DNA of 64,000 nt from Haliotis rubra. Taxonomy: Eukaryota. The stretch covers positions 310,001 to 374,000 of the forward strand of contig NW_025766958.1 in the NCBI RefSeq assembly GCF_003918875.1, in the 5' to 3' direction. This document shows positions 27,118 to 37,829 of this stretch, piece by piece. A model generated the notes under the pieces. The model did not search any database, was not told where the DNA came from, and worked only from the letters and a program-made list of their open reading frames with translations. The position numbers and the translations under genes were made by a program. How positions within the stretch are numbered: position 1 is the first letter of the stretch; each line of letters opens with the position of its first letter.

Positions 27118-27284
27118 GGGTGGTGTGGGTAGCCTAATGGTTAAAGCGTTGGCTTATCACGCCGAAGACCCGGTTCGAATCCCCACATGGGTACATTGTG
27201 TGAAGCCCATTTCTTGTGTCCCCCGCCGTGATGTTGCTGGAATATTGCTAAAAGCGGCGTAAAACCAAAGTCAGTCAGTCAGTC
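27118..27284 (+). mobile_element. SINE family A, (AGTC)n-tail variant
   Basis: TSD tcataatcctatg. Confidence 0.92.
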
Positions 27285-29032
27285 ATAATCCTATGACAAA
27301 CCTGATTCAGTCAATTGGTTGACACATGTCATTGTATCGCAATTGTGTAGATCGATGCTCATGCTGTTGATCACTGGATTGTCTGGTCCAGACTCGATTA
27401 TTTACAGATGGCCATCATATAGCTGGAATATTGCTGAGTGTGGCGTTAAACAACAAACAAACCAGAAAAGGATCACAGATTTCTGTTGTTGTTGGCATTA
27501 AAGAGTTCCAATTTTTTTTATAACAAGTCAAATAACTGAAGAAAGCTGTTATATCCGTACTTTCTTAAGTAAATAAGACCACAGTCAAAGAAGTCAGCTT
27601 TGGGGTAACAAGGTCCTGTGGTACACTGTTATATGACTTGTCATTAAATGACGACACGGCTTTGTGTTCAGCTTGCAGCTATAAAGCTGTGCGATTGTCC
27701 TAAATCAGTAATTGGGAGAAAACACATCAAGAAAGCATCAAGTCAAAGACTCCGTAAAGAAATATCTAATCTGGGCTGATTGGGTGGCAGATAGCCTGAT
27801 ACAAACCAATCTGCTGCGTTGGAACCCGCTTCATAGAATTTGGATCTCGTTAACCGGGGCTATGTGTTACTGAGAAGATCTGAAAATAGGGAACTGTATA
27901 TGCCCCAGAAGAAGCTGGCTGATGTCAGATAACTGATCCCGAAAGTCTTCTTTTCACTGGCCACCCAGAACATAGAGTACTTATGACATGCAACAGGCTT
28001 TTGACTGGACTCGGAATCAGCGGCAGCCATCTTTAATTATGTCTTAGAGATAATTACTGGATTAAAATTGACAAATCACAAGAAACTCCAGGTTTACAGT
28101 TTGAAAAGTGAATTCCATGCTGCTGATAAGATAATAAACTTCTTACAAGCAGTTTTTATTATTCATTTTAAATTTTGAAAGAACGAGTTTCATATCCAAT
28201 TATATTTAAGAGGAGTCACAGAGTCTGGCTTGAAACAAGATCGGCTCGAGGTGTCAGTTCCTTCAAATGTTGTAGCTCATTGTGCAAGTGTTGTGAAAGC
28301 AGATTAATTAAAGTTGTGTAGAAGTGTCATGATAACTCTCCTGCCATTTGAGGCAGACTTCCATGCCTACGAGTACACTGTAGGTCAAGCCGACCTTGTG
28401 GTGTAGATGTGTCAAAACTGATGATGTTTCCATAACGTTCTCCCAGTTTCAGCTGGTTGTCAACCAGTGTCCTGTTTTGAACATATATCACTGAATACTT
28501 GAAGACAAACAAATAATGAGATAAGAACAGACAAAAAGCAAAATATATGCGTAATGATTTGATTGAATTCTATGTTCCTACATTGACAGGTGCATATGCT
28601 ATGTAGTAAAGTTAGAATACTTATAGAGAAGAAACATGCACAAACCACAGCAAAAAAATTTTATGGTTGATATATTTTGCATTTGTGACCAAAAATACCA
28701 TGCCTAGTGGGTGTTTTTAAGAATTATGTCAATTGTTTGTTAAACATTCTAGTGATATGTTCTTAACTTTGCTTCCATTATTTTTTGGTAAATGAAATAT
28801 TTTTGTATATACATTGTATTTACATTTATTGCATGAAATCTCTTTTACTGCAGTCATAGAAGCTAAATCATTTTTGTTGCCATTTTAATGATGATAAAAT
28901 TGGGAAGCCCTCCACATTTTAGAAATTTCTATGGATAGCTTGTGTTGAAGCTCTTTGACCATTATGAATTTGTGCTAATTCAAAATATCTATATTTTAGA
29001 AACATGTACAGTTGCTGAATTTTATTTTGTGA

Positions 29033-29178
29033 CTGGTTTTATGCCGTTTTTAGCAATATTCCACCAATATCATGGTGGGGGGACACCAGAAATGGGCTTC
29101 ACACATTGTACCCATGAGCGGAATCGAACCTGGGTCTTCAGCATTACAAGCATATGCTTTAACCACTAGGCTACCCAA
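29033..29178 (-). mobile_element. SINE family A
   Basis: Reverse complement of the consensus. Confidence 0.85.
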
Positions 29179-29357
29179 CGTCCACTCAATACTTTGAGAT
29201 AATCTGTCAGGGTGCATCAGTAGTTCAATGGTGTCCTTAGTCTGCATGTCAGATGTTATTTGAATCATTATCATCAGTAAAGCGTGTTATCCGAAGTTAG
29301 TGTCAATCTGCACGAACACATTTGTACCACTCTTCATGTTGCCACTTCCTGTTTCAG

Positions 29358-29411
29358 ATGTGCGGATACCACTTATGTGGAAGGATAGTGACCACTTCAA
29401 GAATAAAGGAG
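29358..29411 (+). CDS. RTKN: Rhotekin exon, start of anillin-homology domain (DVRIPLMWKDSDHFKNKG)
   Basis: gtttcag acceptor, G|gtatag donor; RIPLMWKD motif characteristic of rhotekins. Not in the ORF track. Confidence 0.92.
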
Positions 29412-29741
29412 GTATAGCAACTCTCAACATAACAACCCTTTGTCACTGACCTTGACACTCATAGTGTGGCTCTCACTGATAAATTGATAACACTAAGCCG
29501 GGTAAAATGTACGGGTTTGTCATAGAAGGCTGGTTCAGGCTTTAATATTTCACATACCGAAAAAATATTATAAAAGGAGTTATTATGCATTTTACAATGC
29601 TTTTTTAATTTTCTGCTTATTCACATTGCATTAGAAACTATATTTTTATAATTTTCAACATTGAGTCAAAATGACATTTTGACCTTTTTACATTTATTTT
29701 CTTATGCATCCAAAATTGGGGATCATCGAACAAATGTCCAG

Positions 29742-29848
29742 GGACCTGTTTCACAAAACGATTGTAGCGTTACAACTGTTGTAAGTCTAAGTTAAAGTAT
29801 GGGAGTTACGATGACCTTAGCGCTACGATAGCTTTGTGAAACGGGGCA
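29742..29848. mobile_element. Short palindromic MITE
   Basis: gtttcacaaa..attgtagcg / cgctacgat..tttgtgaaac fold-back. Confidence 0.65.
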
Positions 29849-31041
29849 CAGGTGTCTAATCATGAGACCAGCAAAGTGCTGATATGTTAGATCAAAGGGA
29901 TGAGGAATGTTACCTATATTTAAGGGATTCACTAAGGTTTTGTTTTAGTTACAAGAACATTTATGGACAAAACATGAAAGTGTGTGATTGAAAACTGAAA
30001 CGTGTCATAAATATTTTAGTAGTTCCTGAAAATCTATAAGATTATTATGAATATTCAATACCTTGAGATATCCAAAGTTCAAAGGGGGGAAAATAAAAAT
30101 ATTAACCGTCCCAAATTAATGCTTAATGGTTTCAGAATGATTAAGTAGCTTTCATTAGGATCTGCCTACAAGATTGATCATCAGGGACACATGTGTCAGC
30201 CCCCATGCCAATGGAAAAACTAGAAATGTTACTATCCACACAACTACTTAAGTGTGGTAGTGGGCTGGAGGGGGTCCCCTGAGGACACGCTGTCACATTC
30301 ACCCCAGGGGGGGGGGGGGGTGTCCAGCCTTGTCAATCAGTCACACTGACAGGTGTGTTTACCTATGCCAGAAATGTACTGCCTACAGTGTGATTGATAC
30401 TGAACATATGTCCATGTCAAAAACTTCAATGTAGCTAAATTATTTTTATCACTTGTTGGTTCTATTTTAGATTTTTTATAGTTTGTTGCTTCGAAAGAGT
30501 ACAAACCTTCTCAAAAGTAAATAAATAACCTCAGGCTGTTTTAATAGCTTGGTTTACTAATCTGCTGACTCCTAAATATTAAAATGCAAAAATAAATACT
30601 AAAAAAAGGCAAAATCAGAGGGCTCTTTATTCTGCAGACCAAAAATAAGTCAACTCTCAAAACGTTATTTAAAATACTATGATTAAATTTTTTTTTGAAA
30701 TTTATTTAAAAACTAAAAAGCATAAGAAATAATGACTAATCATAACCAAGCGATTGTTGGTTAGCAAAACTCCATGAACCACAGAATAAGAAATGTAAAG
30801 AAATCAAAATAATTGCATATTACTTCATGCATGAATTTTCAAATGACCACTCAGACCCAAGTGCTAAAGCATACATTAATAGAGATAAGTGAATTTTCCA
30901 TGTAATGAAAAGATGGAAAAAAGTCGTGACTGAGTTTCTGGTCTGAAGCAGACTGGAACACAAGATGATAAGCTGTTGTGTGCTTGTACCAGTGTACCAG
31001 TGTAGTGGTCAGGGAAGTAAGTGTGCTATCTCTGTCCCCAG

Positions 31042-31162
31042 ATTACCGTCGGTATGCTGTATTCTGCCTGCTGAAGATCGGCACGGAGATCTTTGACACC
31101 ACGATGATCAGCAACGTGGACAGGAGCATGACAGACATCACGTTCGATGATGTGATATTATT
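31042..31162 (+). CDS. RTKN: Rhotekin exon (DYRRYAVFCLLKIGTEIFDTTMISNVDRSMTDITFDDVIL)
   Basis: cccag acceptor, TT|gtaagt donor; phase 1 to 2; AVFCLL..G..I.DT motif. Confidence 0.93.
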
Positions 31163-31450
31163 GTAAGTGAAACACATGCTGCTTGTTAGTAAGGATACCT
31201 GCTAGTCTTGTGGTTAGAGTACAATATAGACAAACTATATGGATATGTGGCACACTCCTGCTTTACAGCGCTACAAGAATCTGTATCAGAATGTCGCACT
31301 CAAGAAATAAAGAAGTTGTTATCCATAAAGTTTGTCTGTATTGGACTTCCCAACCTCTAAAATGACACTCAAAGAAGTTGTGGTAAGAGTGTTTTCTGTC
31401 CATGCAGAAAACCTTAGTTTGATTCCTGTAAAATCAGTTGGGTCAGATTT

Positions 31451-32229
31451 AGCACCCAGAATAGAGACATGCTAAGATTTGTTGGTGTCAAGCACCCAGA
31501 ATAGAGACATGCTAAGATTTGTTGGTGTCAAGCACCCAGAATAGAGACATGCTAAGATTTGTTGGTGTCAAGCACCCAGAATAGAGACATGCTAAGATTT
31601 GTTGGTGTCAAGCATCCAGAATAGAGACATGCTAAGATTTGTTGGTGTCAAGCACCCAGAATAGAGACATGCTAAGATTGTGTTGGTGTCATGTCAACCC
31701 AGAATAGAGACATGCTAAGATTTGTTGGTGTCAAGCACCCAGAATAGAGACATGCTAAGATTTGTTGGTGTCAAGCATCCAGAATAGAGACATGCTAAGA
31801 TTTGTTGGTGTCAAGCACCCAGAATAGAGACATGCTAAGATTTGTTGGTGTCAAGCACCCAGAATAGAGACATGCTAAGATTTGTTGGTGTCAAGCATCC
31901 AGAATAGAGACATACTAAGATTTGTTGGTGTCGAGCACCCAGAATAGAGACATGCTAAGATTTGTTGGTTTCAAGCACCCAGAATAGATACATGCTAAGA
32001 TTTGTTGGTGTCAAGCATCCAGAATAGAGACATGCTAAGATTTGTTGGTGTCAAGCATCCAGAATAGATACATGCTAAGATTTGTTGGTGTCAAGCATCC
32101 AGAATAGAGACATACTAAGACTTGTTGGTGTCAAGCATCCAGAATAGATACATGCTAAGATTTGTTGGTGTCAAGCACCCAGAATAGAGACATGCTAAGA
32201 TTTGTTGGTGTCAAGCACCCAGAATAGAC
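31451..32229. repeat. Homogeneous 40-bp minisatellite, about 19.5 copies
   Basis: agcacccagaatagagacatgctaagatttgttggtgtca. Confidence 0.96.
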
Positions 32230-32257
32230 ATGTTTTAACCGTTTTGCTCTGTTGCAG

Positions 32258-32417
32258 CAACAACATCCCCCATGACTTTGAGTGTAAAGTAGAGGTCTAT
32301 TGTCACAAGCTCCATGATGATCTCTCCATCGCAAACACTCCAAAGAAACTGAGGAAGAAGATAAACGATATCTCGGGCTCCGTGGGGAGAAGTGTTGGGA
32401 AGAGGCTGTCAGGCCTG
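32258..32417 (+). CDS. RTKN: Rhotekin exon (FNNIPHDFECKVEVYCHKL...TPKKLRKKI...SVGRSVGKRLSGL)
   Basis: ttgcag acceptor, CTG|gtgagt donor; phase 2 to 0. Confidence 0.92.
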
Positions 32418-32941
32418 GTGAGTCACCTCTGACTGGGCACACACATCCTGGTCATGCAGAACAATCTATTTGCTCTTTAAACATTAACTTTCTTTACTTT
32501 TAACATACAGTTAACAATTTATAACGAACTCAAAGTTCTTATTTTTAGTTTATATATACGTATTTCAACTAAAAAATATAGCAAGTGGCTGGGCCCAAGA
32601 GAACATTTGTCATGTGTCGTTTTGAAAGTTTCATTATCTCTGAAAATTAGTTAAATTGGTTGGCAAATTTATTTCGTATGATGATTAGACTCGCCTTTCA
32701 CCTGATGGCAGCCCTCGATAACATTTGCATGAGATGAATTTTGCCGTCTCCACTGTATGCAGCTGATGATGATAATTTGTCCTTTTCTATTTTATCCATC
32801 AAAAAATGGCCAAAGACTGGCTTGTCCAGCTAAGCTTTACAGAGTTATCTCCCATTATTTGTGTTGGTACATGTACACTTGTTTTGAATGGATTTGTGAT
32901 TCATATTAATGGAATTTAATTATCTGTTTCCTTTATTTCAG

Positions 32942-32973
32942 AATGATTCGGATATAATTGGAAACATGGTTCT
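32942..32973 (+). CDS. RTKN: Rhotekin 32-nt micro-exon (NDSDIIGNMVL)
   Basis: Strong polypyrimidine tract with tttcag acceptor, CT|gtaagt donor. Required to convert phase 0 (32417) to phase 2 (33181). Confidence 0.85.
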
Positions 32974-33180
32974 GTAAGTATATCATCAAAATAGCTATCT
33001 TTCTCACAAAATCTGGACAATTTGTACTGATTTAATGAAGATATCTTATGCATGTTCTTTTTGGCACAATGATGTCAAGTGTTTATCAAACCACATGCAA
33101 GATGCTCTGTATATCATTTGTATTGATCACAGTTTCCTACACTGCAGATGTTATATGTTTTCATTACTCTTTCACCACAG

Positions 33181-33278
33181 AGGACCGAAGTTTGAGCTTG
33201 TGGCCAAAGGAACACTGAAGTTATCTGATGTTGATGACTCTATAAGGACATTTGACCTTCAGCTGGAGACAAATGCAG
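33181..33278 (+). CDS. RTKN: Rhotekin exon (GPKFELVAKGTLKLSDVDDSIRTFDLQLETNA)
   Basis: ccacag acceptor, G|gtgtgt donor; phase 2 to 1. Confidence 0.9.
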
Positions 33279-33520
33279 GTGTGTGGGGAAATATGGAAAT
33301 AGTTGTTCTTAAATGTTGGGCTAATGGGTAGTGTGTTCACTCAAATTAAAGACTGGTTTGACTCCGTTTTTCAGGATGTCAACCTGTTCTATGTGTCCAT
33401 CACTGTTGTGTTGCTGTTATTTTGTTTATAGTAAGACAACCTATACACTTGTTGTAACTTCGTTTGTCCTCAGGGTATTCTAGTTGATGATGTGATGCAT
33501 TCTGGGTTGTCGAGTTCCCA

Positions 33521-34152
33521 CACTGATCTTCAGCAACCCACGTTTGTTGTAAGAGGCGACTAATGGGATCGGTGGACTTGGTTGACACATGTCATTGTAT
33601 CCCAATTGCATAGATCTATGCTCATGCTGTTGATCAATTAGGAGATAAACATCATGTGTTGGCGAATTTCCAGGTGTTATTGAGTATTTGAAGCATGGGA
33701 ATTCATTTGGAACCGATGGCGTCAGCTGGAGGTTTCAAATGAAATATTCCTGTGCTTCAAATATTCAATAACACCCCGGTCCACACGTTTTTTGTGTCTG
33801 CACTCATTGACATCGAGTACGGGTACAGCAGTGAAATGTCATCAGCCGACTGTTTCGGCTGTCTCCCATGGTAGCATCTGGAACTGCTGATTTGTGACGT
33901 CATTCGGGACTTTACGTCACAATATGATTTTAATGACATCATCACAGCTGACGACGTAACAATACAATGGTGTGAGCGATGTTTGTATGTATTAATACAC
34001 AGAGAATTTCCGGGAATCAAATACCATTTGATCACGTTTTTCAACCAATCAGATTAAAGAACACAGTGACTTTTGGTTTACAATGTATTGTCTGGTCCAG
34101 CTTGAATATTTACAGGCCGCCGCCATATTGCTGGAATACTGTTGAGTGCGGC
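33521..34152 (+). mobile_element. Retroposon family B split by a ~450-bp hairpin-containing insertion (33637-34086)
   Basis: B sequence stops at gctgttgatca and resumes at attgtctggtccag. Confidence 0.82.
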
Positions 34153-34331
34153 ATTAAACAACAAACAAACTAACATGTCTGTATTGTATGCATCAAGCAT
34201 TGGATTTTGTCTGCTATCAAAGTCATGCCCTAAGCCTACTCATATCTTTACGTAGATGATTCAGAAATACTAAGAGGTGTACATTTGTTCTTATCAAACA
34301 AATTTTGACAAAAAATTAATCATTCTTCCAG

Positions 34332-34438
34332 AGGGTAGTGTGCATGAGCTGCCATTGTTCGGACATTACTGTTGCCGCCTAGCTGCTCTCCCCAACTGTC
34401 TGGCAGACCCCACTGTCACAGGATTCCTGAATCTACAG
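34332..34438 (+). CDS. RTKN: Rhotekin exon (EGSVHELPLFGHYCCRLAALPNCLADPTVTGFLNLQ), end of AHD and start of PH
   Basis: ttccag acceptor, CAG|gtatgt donor; LPL.G..CCRL.A.P.C rhotekin motif. Confidence 0.93.
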
Positions 34439-34588
34439 GTATGTCACATGTTATATCCACGATATTTGTCTCACAAGTAGTCTGATGATGAATGATAAAT
34501 CTGTAGTCGAAACTGAGGTATCAACAGTATTAGCCTGCATTGATATTAAGTTTGTATTGAGCATGAAGCCATATTTATGCAGGTCGAT

Positions 34589-34700
34589 AGGGTAGCCTAC
34601 TGGTTAAAGCGTTTGCTTATTAAGGCAAAGACCCAGGTTCAATTCCCCACATGGGTACAATGTGTGAAGACGATTTCTGGTGTCCCTGCAGTGATATTGG
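34589..34700 (+). mobile_element. SINE family A, 3'-truncated
   Basis: A/B boxes and body. Confidence 0.8.
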
Positions 34701-34725
34701 CGATTTAAGTATGTCATGCTGGTAA

Positions 34726-34800
34726 TGCATTGTACTGATACATTGTACATTGTACTTATACATTGTACTGATACATTGTACATTATACATTGTACTGATT
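34726..34800. repeat. Short tandem repeat (tacattg / tacattgtactga)
   Basis: Directly abuts the 34809 acceptor. Confidence 0.85.
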
Positions 34801-34808
34801 GTTTCCAG

Positions 34809-34934
34809 GAGGATGATGACCTGTCCAAGTGGAGGCGGTACTGGTGCGTCCTCAAGAACCTCCAGCTGGCGTGTTGGTCATCTCCGGGGGATGTGGAGGT
34901 CACGCAGCCCCTCGTCACTGTATCTGTCACCAAG
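34809..34934 (+). CDS. RTKN: Rhotekin exon, N-terminal half of PH domain (EDDDLSKWRRYWCVLKNLQLACWSSPGDVEVTQPLVTVSVTK)
   Basis: ttccag acceptor, AAG|gtaagt donor, phase 0 to 0; W.R.WCVL PH beta-strand motif. Confidence 0.92.
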
Positions 34935-35147
34935 GTAAGTCGACATCGCTCAACCTTGCAGTCTCATGTCACAATCTCAGTGTCACCAAGGTAAGTCTAC
35001 ATCGCTCAACCTTGCAGTCTCATGTCACAATCTCAGTGTCACCAAGGTAAGTCTATATCGCTCAACATACAGTCTCATGTGACAATCTCAGTGTCACCAA
35101 GGTAAGTCTACATCGCTCAACCTTGCAGTCTCATGTCACAATCTCAG
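34925..35147 (+). repeat. Four-copy 55-56-bp tandem repeat spanning an exon/intron junction
   Basis: tgtcaccaag|gtaagt...acaatctcag; GT donors at 34935, 34991, 35047, 35102. Confidence 0.95.
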
Positions 35148-35245
35148 GATAGTGCTGGAAGTGTGTTGGAATAAAGAGATGCCACTGCCTCTCATACCTG
35201 CCCACTCAAGAGGGACCGGTTATCTCAGTGATCGTGGGTCCATCA

Positions 35246-35439
35246 TTTTTCCTTATCCTGACTCATGCTCTTTTGCTTGTCTTCTTCTTCTTGCTAACAT
35301 AGTGGAACACTTGTATCTCCTTATTTGAAGCCCCTTCAAAATAAAATCACTAATTGGTACTCACCACGAAGTTGCTCCCCTTTGTCCCCTGGCGGGAAAA
35401 GGTGTCGCCACCCTCTGGCCATGTGCTTCACTCTCTCCT
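35246..35439 (+). repeat. DIRS left inverted terminal repeat
   Basis: Imperfect reverse complement of 41345-41583 (e.g. cttatcctgactcatgctctttt, aaaataaaatcactaattggtactcaccacga, ccctctggccatgtgct). Confidence 0.92.
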
Positions 35440-35633
35440 TCTTCGCCCAGTGAGCAGGATGTGAGAGCCTTGTGTCTCCCTTACACACATATCCTTTGAT
35501 AATCTCTTAGTTTTACCTCTCATAGGTTACTATAGAGGTATAGCTAGTATCCTTTACTATTTGTATTGATTAATTATCGTATTTCTACTGTTTATTCACG
35601 GTATTCGCGGATTGTTCAGCTAGCTTTACGCTC

Positions 35634-37826
35634 ATGAAAATCTGTACGATTTGTAGATTACGCTTTTTCTGCCTCCGATCCACATGTAATATGCCCTAGT
35701 TGTTCTAATGCCGCGCGTTTAATTCACGCTGCAGTTACTGCATTAATTTATCTCATTCTGCATTTAATAAATATCATCTTTATGCTCTTAAGACGCTGCA
35801 GATAGATCACGCAAACAAGGGCAAAACATGGCAGAGAGTCCAGATATTCCTTCCAGTCAGCTGCTAGCGATCGACCCTCTCCCGCCTGGTGTTCTGCTAG
35901 AGACCCCGCGCAGAGGAACGGGACGAGTCCGTTACCTCGGAGAAACGACCGCCTCCCCAGACATCCCGCCATTGCAGACTAAGTCTAAGAGGGCCTCATC
36001 GCCGCCTCAACGCAGATTGAGGACACCCAGGGCAGCGCAGACTTCCAAAGGGAAATCTACGAAGACAGCAAGAACTTTCTCAGCCGAGATCGCTCCAGCA
36101 GCAGAGTTGGGCCTCTACGATGATCAGCCGATAATCATCCCCGACTTACGGCAGAAGAAGCGACCGTGTCAGCGACTGTGACTTCTGCAGAGATCTCCAT
36201 GCAGCCTGATGCTCTACACCGACGCCAGACGCCATTGATGTGAACCCCATCGCAGAAAAGACGCCGACGACTTCGCCACAGATCATCCCAGAAGACATGA
36301 TGCGCAGATTATGAACATCATGGAGGACCACTACAAACCGCGCAAGCAGGGTCCGAAGTTTTCAAGGAAGGCTCCAACGAGACAGCACCCCAGAGGCACC
36401 CCCGCCAACGTAGCAGCCAAGACGATGTCACCTTCGCGAAGGAAGTCCCGCACCACCTTGACGGAAGGACCTAGATGTACAGCCTTCGCTGGAAGGCCTT
36501 CGCTGAAGGCGGAGAGATCATCACCATCTTCGATTTCATCTCTAGATATGGACTCAGACCATCAGACATCACGGAAGCCTTCGCGAAGGTCATATCATCG
36601 ATCCCCCGACCGACGTTAAATGAAGCTTCAAGGCATTCGCGAAAAGACATATGATTCCAGATCTTCATCGCCTAGAAGAACATCGAGGGACGTCAAGAGC
36701 TTCGCGAAGCTATCAACATTCACCTCACAAGTCTCCAGAAGATCATCCCATAGACGATCTCCACCGCTTCATCACCAGGTCGATCACCCATCAGATCTCC
36801 ACATAGAGCGCGACAAGTCAACTAGATCGCCACAAACCTCATCAGATATTCAGACAGCTACACGCAGTCCCGAAGAGCATCTACAATTTATTAATGATGA
36901 TGGTTTTGAGGATGATGGAGGAATCATATTTTCTGATGCAGAGATACGGTATTGGATGGTCAATAACCTAGATCTCACATCACCATCTAAAAGTGGCAAT
37001 ACAGCTCAGACGTATTTGATGAAGGAAGATGATCCAGATGCAATCACTCTACCCCCGATCGACCCGATTGCGGCAGTGCCACAGAATCTAGATGCAGCTT
37101 TCCAGAAAGCTACGAAAGTTCAGATACCACATCTACCCAACTTTCAAGCCAAGAAGTTCTCCACGATAACATGGACTCCTTCTACAAGGCTCCAGGACAT
37201 CGATGAGAACTATAAGATCATCAGCCATGTAAAGAACAAGATTTACAAGATGGATGATCGCAAGTTGGCTCATATAGAAACCATGACGAGACGATGTTCT
37301 TTGGGTTAAATAGATCTAGGACGCATCAATGAGACTCTTATTACTAGATTTCGGATTCCACGACGGAAGATGATAGAATGATTTATTCTGCCTTACTTAT
37401 GCAAAAGAAAGATCAGCAGTTTTAACGGATCATCTTACATCTGTTTCAGCAGCATTGACCTTAGCTCGTCGTCAAGGCCTCCTCGCCTCCTGTAATTGGG
37501 GGGAGAACTTTACAGCCCCACTTTATACAGCCCCGTGGTCGACAACATCCATCTTTGACGGAGAAATCGACAAGGTCGCCAAGGAAGTCTCTAAGGATTC
37601 CAGGGAAGTCCTTATGATTAGATCGATGGACACACTAGCCAGCGCCATTCGTCAGACTTCACAAAGATACTCAGGCAGATCTAAGTTCACGGGCCTACAA
37701 AGAGCAAGAGACAGGAAGATAGCCAGCTCTAGAGGTAAAGATTCTTTTCGTCGCCCATATGGCAACTATAGAGGAGGATCAGGAAGAGGCAGGACACCCA
37801 GAGGTTCCCGCAATTATAGACGCTGA
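35634..37826 (+). pseudogene. DIRS ORF1 (gag-like), frameshifted
   Basis: N-terminal Cys-rich knuckle split across frames (MKICTIC / SDPHVICPSC / RCSYC), Ser/Arg/Pro-rich middle (ORFs 35828, 36311, 36620), C-terminal RRQGLL...SIFDG and RG-rich tail (ORF 37455). Confidence 0.7.
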
Positions 37827-37829
37827 AAC

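Noticed and set aside
27319-27501. Recurrent small ORFs MTHVI...LLITGLSGP (also 50940 and 52753)
   Set aside because: Chance frames in repeat family B copies, with non-ATG starts and variable ends.
30307-30320. Poly-G tract (also poly-C at about 60177-60194)
   Set aside because: Isolated homopolymers with no supporting context.
31451-32229. CRISPR-like array
   Set aside because: Head-to-tail 40-bp units with no unique spacers, in a eukaryotic intron.
35148-35244. Remnant of the missing PH exon
   Set aside because: Phase-0 reading stops after 8 codons and the other frames show no PH or rhotekin motifs.
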